Below are positions 60,357-64,000 of a stretch of DNA of 64,000 bases, in pieces. The notes beneath the pieces are model-generated. The model was given only the letters and a program-made list of their open reading frames with translations, ran no database searches and was not told where the DNA came from. The DNA is from Burkholderiales bacterium (lineage in GTDB: Bacteria > Pseudomonadota > Gammaproteobacteria > Burkholderiales > Usitatibacteraceae), in the NCBI GenBank assembly GCA_031364925.1, contig JANLXC010000131.1:423-64422 (forward strand), written 5' to 3'. Numbering within the stretch: the stretch's first letter is position 1; each line of letters starts with the position of its first letter. The position numbers and the translations under genes are program-made.

Positions 60357-62000
60357 TCACATGTTCGGGTAATTCGGGCCGCCGCCGCCTTCCGGGACGA
60401 CCCACACGATGTTCTGCGTCGGGTCCTTGATGTCGCAGGTCTTGCAGTGCACGCAGTTCTGGGCGTTCACCTGGAGCCGGGGGGCGGGGCCGTCGGCCAC
60501 GAATTCGTAGACTCCAGCAGGACAGTAGCGCGTCTCGGGTCCGGCGTAAACCGCCAGGTTCACCGCGACCGGGATGTCCGGGTCCCTGAGCTTCAGGTGC
60601 GACGGCTGGTCCTCCTCGTGGTTCGTGTTCGATACGAAAACGCTGGAGAGCCGGTCGAACGTGAGGACCCCGTCGGGCTTCGGATACTCGATCGGCAGGA
60701 ATCGATCCTTGGGCGCGAGCCTCTCGTGGTCGGCCTTGTGATGGGCGAGGGTCCACGGCGCCTTCCCGCCGAGCACCACCTGGTCGATGCCGACCATGAG
60801 CGTGCCCAGGTAGAGGCCCTTCGACATCCATGGCTTGAAGTTGCGCGCCCGATGCAGCTCGTCGCGAAGCCAGCTCTTCTCGAAGGCCGCGGGATAAGCG
60901 GCGAGCTCGTCGGCCTCGCGCCCGGCGACTAGCGCCTCGAACGCAGCCTCGGCGGCGAGCATCCCGGACTTGATCGCGGCGTGCGTGCCCTTGATGCGTG
61001 AAGCGTTCAAGAAGCCCGCGTCGTCTCCCACCAACGCGCCCCCGGGGAAGGTGAGCCTGGGCAGCGACTGCAGCCCGCCCGCGGAAATCGCGCGCGCGCC
61101 GTAGGAGATGCGCCGGCCGCCCTCGAAGAATCCGCGGATCGCCGGGTGGGTCTTGTAGCGCTGGAACTCTTCGAAGGGATAGAGGTACGGGTTCTCGTAG
61201 CCCAGGCCGACCACGAATCCCACCGCGACCTGGTTCGCCTCGAGGTGATAGAGGAATGAGCCGCCGTACGTGTCGTTGTCGAGCGGCCATCCCGCGGTAT
61301 GCACGACGAGGCCGGGGACATGCTTCTCGGGCTTCACTTCCCACAATTCCTTGAGCCCGATGCCGTAGACCTGCGGCCCGCGGCCTTCACGCAGCTTGTA
61401 GCGCTCCTCGAGCTGCCGGCCGAGGTGCCCGCGGCAGCCTTCGGCGAACACCGTGTACTTGGCGTGCAGCTCGATGCCGGGCTGGAAGCGCCCGGTCTTC
61501 TCGCCGTCCTTGCCGATGCCCATGTCGCCGGTTGCCACGCCGCGCACCCGCCCATCTTCGGTGAAGAGGATCTCGGCGGCGGCGAAGCCCGGATAGATCT
61601 CGACGCCTGCGGCCTCGGCCCGCGCGCCCAGCCAGCGGCACACGTTGCCGAGGCTGGCGATGTAGTTGCCGTGGTTCTTGAAGCACGCGGGCAGCATCCA
61701 CGACGGGACCTGGCGCGAGCCTTCCTTCGACAGGAAGAGGAAGCGGTCCTCGGTGACCGGCTGGTTCAGGGGCGCGCCGTCCTTCTTCCAGTCGGGCAAT
61801 AGCTCGTCGAGCGCGCGCGGGTCGATCACGGCGCCCGAGAGGATGTGGGCTCCTACCTCCGAGCCTTTCTCGACGACGCAGACGGTGATTTCCTTGCCCG
61901 ATGCGCTGGCCAGCTGGCGCAGGCGAATCGCGGTGGCGAGCCCTGCCGGGCCAGCGCCGACCACGACTACGTCGTAGGTCATCGATTCGCGTTCGCTCAT
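60357..62000 (-). CDS. electron-transfer flavoprotein:ubiquinone oxidoreductase
   Basis: 547 aa. YDVVVVGAGPAGL FAD fold. C-terminal 4Fe-4S region CPAGVYEF ... NCVHCKTCDIKDP. Confidence 0.95.
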   Translation of the reverse strand: MSERESMTYDVVVVGAGPAGLATAIRLRQLASASGKEITVCVVEKGSEVGAHILSGAVIDPRALDELLPDWKKDGAPLNQPVTEDRFLFLSKEGSRQVPSWMLPACFKNHGNYIASLGNVCRWLGARAEAAGVEIYPGFAAAEILFTEDGRVRGVATGDMGIGKDGEKTGRFQPGIELHAKYTVFAEGCRGHLGRQLEERYKLREGRGPQVYGIGLKELWEVKPEKHVPGLVVHTAGWPLDNDTYGGSFLYHLEANQVAVGFVVGLGYENPYLYPFEEFQRYKTHPAIRGFFEGGRRISYGARAISAGGLQSLPRLTFPGGALVGDDAGFLNASRIKGTHAAIKSGMLAAEAAFEALVAGREADELAAYPAAFEKSWLRDELHRARNFKPWMSKGLYLGTLMVGIDQVVLGGKAPWTLAHHKADHERLAPKDRFLPIEYPKPDGVLTFDRLSSVFVSNTNHEEDQPSHLKLRDPDIPVAVNLAVYAGPETRYCPAGVYEFVADGPAPRLQVNAQNCVHCKTCDIKDPTQNIVWVVPEGGGGPNYPNM

Positions 62001-62029
62001 TCTTCGAATTCTACTTAATTAAAAACATT

Positions 62030-62592
62030 CAAGAAGTTGTCACGGAGAGCACGGAGAACCCCCGGAGCGGTCATCTCGATGCAAGCGCGGTACGTTGAAG
62101 GGCTTGTTGAGACATTGGAGCGGGGAAAATGGAAGAGACAGTGCAGGAAACAGGGCGGCTGCTGCATGGCGATTTCACGGAGAGAATTCTCCGATGCGCG
62201 ATCGAAGTCCACCGCGAATTGGGACCTGGCTTGATGGAAGGTGCCTACCGCAGGTGCCTGCTGGGTCAGCTGAGGCAGGAGGGTTTGGAAGTCAAGCAGG
62301 AGGTGCCCGTCTCGATCACCTACAAGGACCATGTCATCGACCTGGCCTACCGAGCGGATTTGATTGTAGAGGATGCGGTGCTGCTGGAGTTGAAGGCGGT
62401 CGACTCGTTGCTACCCGTTCACTCTGCCCAAGTTCTTACCTACCTGAAGTTCCTCAATCTGCGCGTCGGCTTTTTGATGAACTTCAACGTGACCAACTTG
62501 ATGAAGGGTGTTCGCCGTTACCGCCGCTAGGGTTTTCGTCCACCTGCCCCGCTTGCTCCGGACTTTCTCCGTGTGCTCCGTGACAGCTTCTT
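62030..62592. repeat. 28-bp imperfect inverted repeats bracketing the GxxExxY gene (cassette-like unit)
   Basis: The left repeat is AAGAAGTTGTCACGGAGAGCACGGAGAA (62030..62057). The reverse complement of the right repeat (62565..62592) reads AAGAAGCTGTCACGGAGCACACGGAGAA, matching 25 of 28 nt. GC content is visibly lower than in the flanks. Confidence 0.7.
62129..62530 (+). CDS. GxxExxY family protein (PD-(D/E)XK nuclease-like fold)
   Basis: 133 aa. ILRCAIEVHRELGPGLMEGAYRRCL (GxxExxY), ADLIVEDAVLLELKAV, QVLTYLKFLNLRVGFLMNF. Confidence 0.85.
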   Translation: MEETVQETGRLLHGDFTERILRCAIEVHRELGPGLMEGAYRRCLLGQLRQEGLEVKQEVPVSITYKDHVIDLAYRADLIVEDAVLLELKAVDSLLPVHSAQVLTYLKFLNLRVGFLMNFNVTNLMKGVRRYRR

Positions 62593-62594
62593 GT

Positions 62595-64000
62595 TTACGC
62601 GGAGCGCGTCCATGAATTCAAGACCGCCCGAGCTTCAAGAGCGACTTCGCTCGCCGCGAGCCCCACCGGCCCTATCCCGCGGGCTACCAATGAGTCCGCC
62701 GCCGCCCCATGCAGGCAAACCGCGTATTGCAGAGCCTTCTCGGGATCGAGCTTCTGCGCGAGCATCGCGCCGATCATTCCCGCGAGCACGTCGCCGCTGC
62801 CCGCCGCGGCGAGGCCGGGATTGCCGGTCGTGTTCACCGACCAGCGCCCGTCGGGAAAGGCGCAGATGCTCCCTGCGCCCTTGAGGACCACATGGGCGTT
62901 GAAGCGCTTGGCGAGCGCGATCGCGGAGCCGACGCGGTCCTCGTTCACCTGCGCCGTTTTCCTGTGCAGCAGCCGCGCGGCTTCGGCGGGGTGGGGCGTG
63001 AGGATGGTCGGCGCGCTGGTGCGCGCGGCCAGGTCGGTTTCCAGCGTGGCGTTGAATGCGATCGCGTTGAGCGCATCGGCATCCAGCACCAGCGGCTTGC
63101 CGGATGCCATGAGCGAGGGCAGCAGGTTGCGCTCGAACATCGACACCGACGTGGCCGAGGGTGATTGCCCGGCGCCGGGGCCGGCGACGATCACCTCGAA
63201 CTCGAGGGCGTCGTCGATCGATCCCATCATGAGCTCGGGGTGCTCGGGATCCACCGACGGCGCGTCGGAGCTGAGCAGGCCCGTGCGAACCTTGCCCGCG
63301 CCGCAGAGCAGCGCCGCGCGCGCCGCGAGCAGCGCCGCTCCCACCATGCCGCGATTGCCGCCGATCACCGCCACCGAGCCGTAGTGTCCCTTGTGCGAGT
63401 TGGACAGGCGGGGCTTGAGCCAGGCCCTCGCGAGCTCGGGTGTAAGCAGGTGCCCGTGGGACTCGCGCCGCGCTTCGTCCGTGATGCCCAGGTCGTCCAT
63501 TTCGAGGGCGCCGCGACATGCGGGGCCGTCGGCGGTGTGCAGGCCGACCTTGTGAGCCAGGAAGGTGATCGTATTGGTGGCGCGCACCGCGGAGCCACGC
63601 ACGGCGCCGCTTCCGGTATCGAGTCCGCTGGGCGCGTCGATCGCCAGCACCGGCGCGCCGCTCGCGTTGATCCTGTGGATGATGTCGGCGAAATTCGTGT
63701 CGACGTCACGGGACAGGCCCAGTCCGAGGAGGCCGTCGACGATGAGCGAGGGCTTGAGGTTCTCGGGCCACGCGCGCACCAGGTTGCCGCCGCGCGAGCA
63801 ATACCCTTCACGGGCCACGCGCGCCTCGACAGCCTTGGGCTCGGTGCCGGTGACATCGAACACCACCAGGGGATGGAAGGTCTCGCTCAAGTGCGCCGCC
63901 GCCACCCACGCGTCGCCGCCGTTGTTGCCGGGCCCCGCGATGACGAGGATCGGCGCGCCGGTGTCGGCAGCGAGCCTGCGCGCGGCCTGCGCAACCGCGC
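62595..64000 (-). CDS. nnr: bifunctional NAD(P)H-hydrate repair enzyme (epimerase/dehydratase), 5' end outside the window
   Basis: The frame stays open to the window edge. The region upstream of the listed ORF translates to ..ILVIAGPGNNGGDAWVAAAHL (YjeF-N). The C-terminal half has HKGHYGSVAVIGG ... GNPGLAAAGSGDVLAG. Confidence 0.9.
   Translation of the reverse strand, partial: AVAQAARRLAADTGAPILVIAGPGNNGGDAWVAAAHLSETFHPLVVFDVTGTEPKAVEARVAREGYCSRGGNLVRAWPENLKPSLIVDGLLGLGLSRDVDTNFADIIHRINASGAPVLAIDAPSGLDTGSGAVRGSAVRATNTITFLAHKVGLHTADGPACRGALEMDDLGITDEARRESHGHLLTPELARAWLKPRLSNSHKGHYGSVAVIGGNRGMVGAALLAARAALLCGAGKVRTGLLSSDAPSVDPEHPELMMGSIDDALEFEVIVAGPGAGQSPSATSVSMFERNLLPSLMASGKPLVLDADALNAIAFNATLETDLAARTSAPTILTPHPAEAARLLHRKTAQVNEDRVGSAIALAKRFNAHVVLKGAGSICAFPDGRWSVNTTGNPGLAAAGSGDVLAGMIGAMLAQKLDPEKALQYAVCLHGAAADSLVARGIGPVGLAASEVALEARAVLNSWTRSA

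Noticed and set aside
1-64000. Search for CRISPR arrays, IS elements, integrases, prophage or plasmid genes, rRNA and tRNA
   Set aside because: No spaced direct-repeat arrays, transposase/integrase-like ORFs or structured-RNA gene signatures were seen by eye. A computational scan (tRNAscan-SE, Infernal, ISEScan) would be needed for certainty.

Overview
This is a very GC-rich (roughly two-thirds G+C by eye), gene-dense chromosomal segment. I call about 60 protein genes. I found no rRNA, tRNA, CRISPR array, transposase, integrase or phage genes. Because of the GC content, almost every real gene is shadowed by long antisense or off-frame ORFs; these were rejected using family recognition, signal peptides, SD/start context and translational-coupling junctions. 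The content mixes housekeeping genes (prfC, sodC, ETF-ubiquinone oxidoreductase, nnr, nudC, 3-methyladenine glycosylase) with many envelope, exoprotein and stress genes:
- a DUF3494 protein with an IPTL-CTERM tail
- a beta/gamma-crystallin plus glycine-zipper protein, ElaB and two CsbD paralogs
- a membrane-anchored DUF2235 hydrolase
- a secreted protein with a caspase-like His/Cys dyad plus HEAT repeats
- a J-like-domain/TM/trypsin-like protease translationally coupled to an M13 peptidase
- a MerR-like/enolase-superfamily/LamG operon, followed by two large paralogous lysyl-endopeptidase-like proteases that carry four copies of a ~110-aa WWNxxESGWG module I cannot assign
- a PAP2/lipid-kinase/metallophosphoesterase operon
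- a KaiC-like ATPase plus hybrid histidine kinase
- an att-like ABC/AttH/acyltransferase operon

Non-coding signals worth a second look:
- a perfect 25-bp inverted-repeat element exactly filling the gap between two convergent genes
- tandem hairpins with a GTCAGGT loop that encode the C-termini of two convergent genes
- a GxxExxY gene bracketed by 28-bp inverted repeats
- an orphan plus-strand terminator with a CCUCCC-loop hairpin (candidate sRNA)
- a mer-operator-like dyad inside a long-spacer promoter
- a conserved ~19-28-nt box shared by two stress-gene promoters

The Bug/TctC binding protein and the IPTL-CTERM tail hint at a betaproteobacterial (Burkholderiales-like) origin, but that is inference only. 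No single complete, clearly novel multi-gene system can be proven from sequence alone. The candidates are listed as findings with explicit tests.
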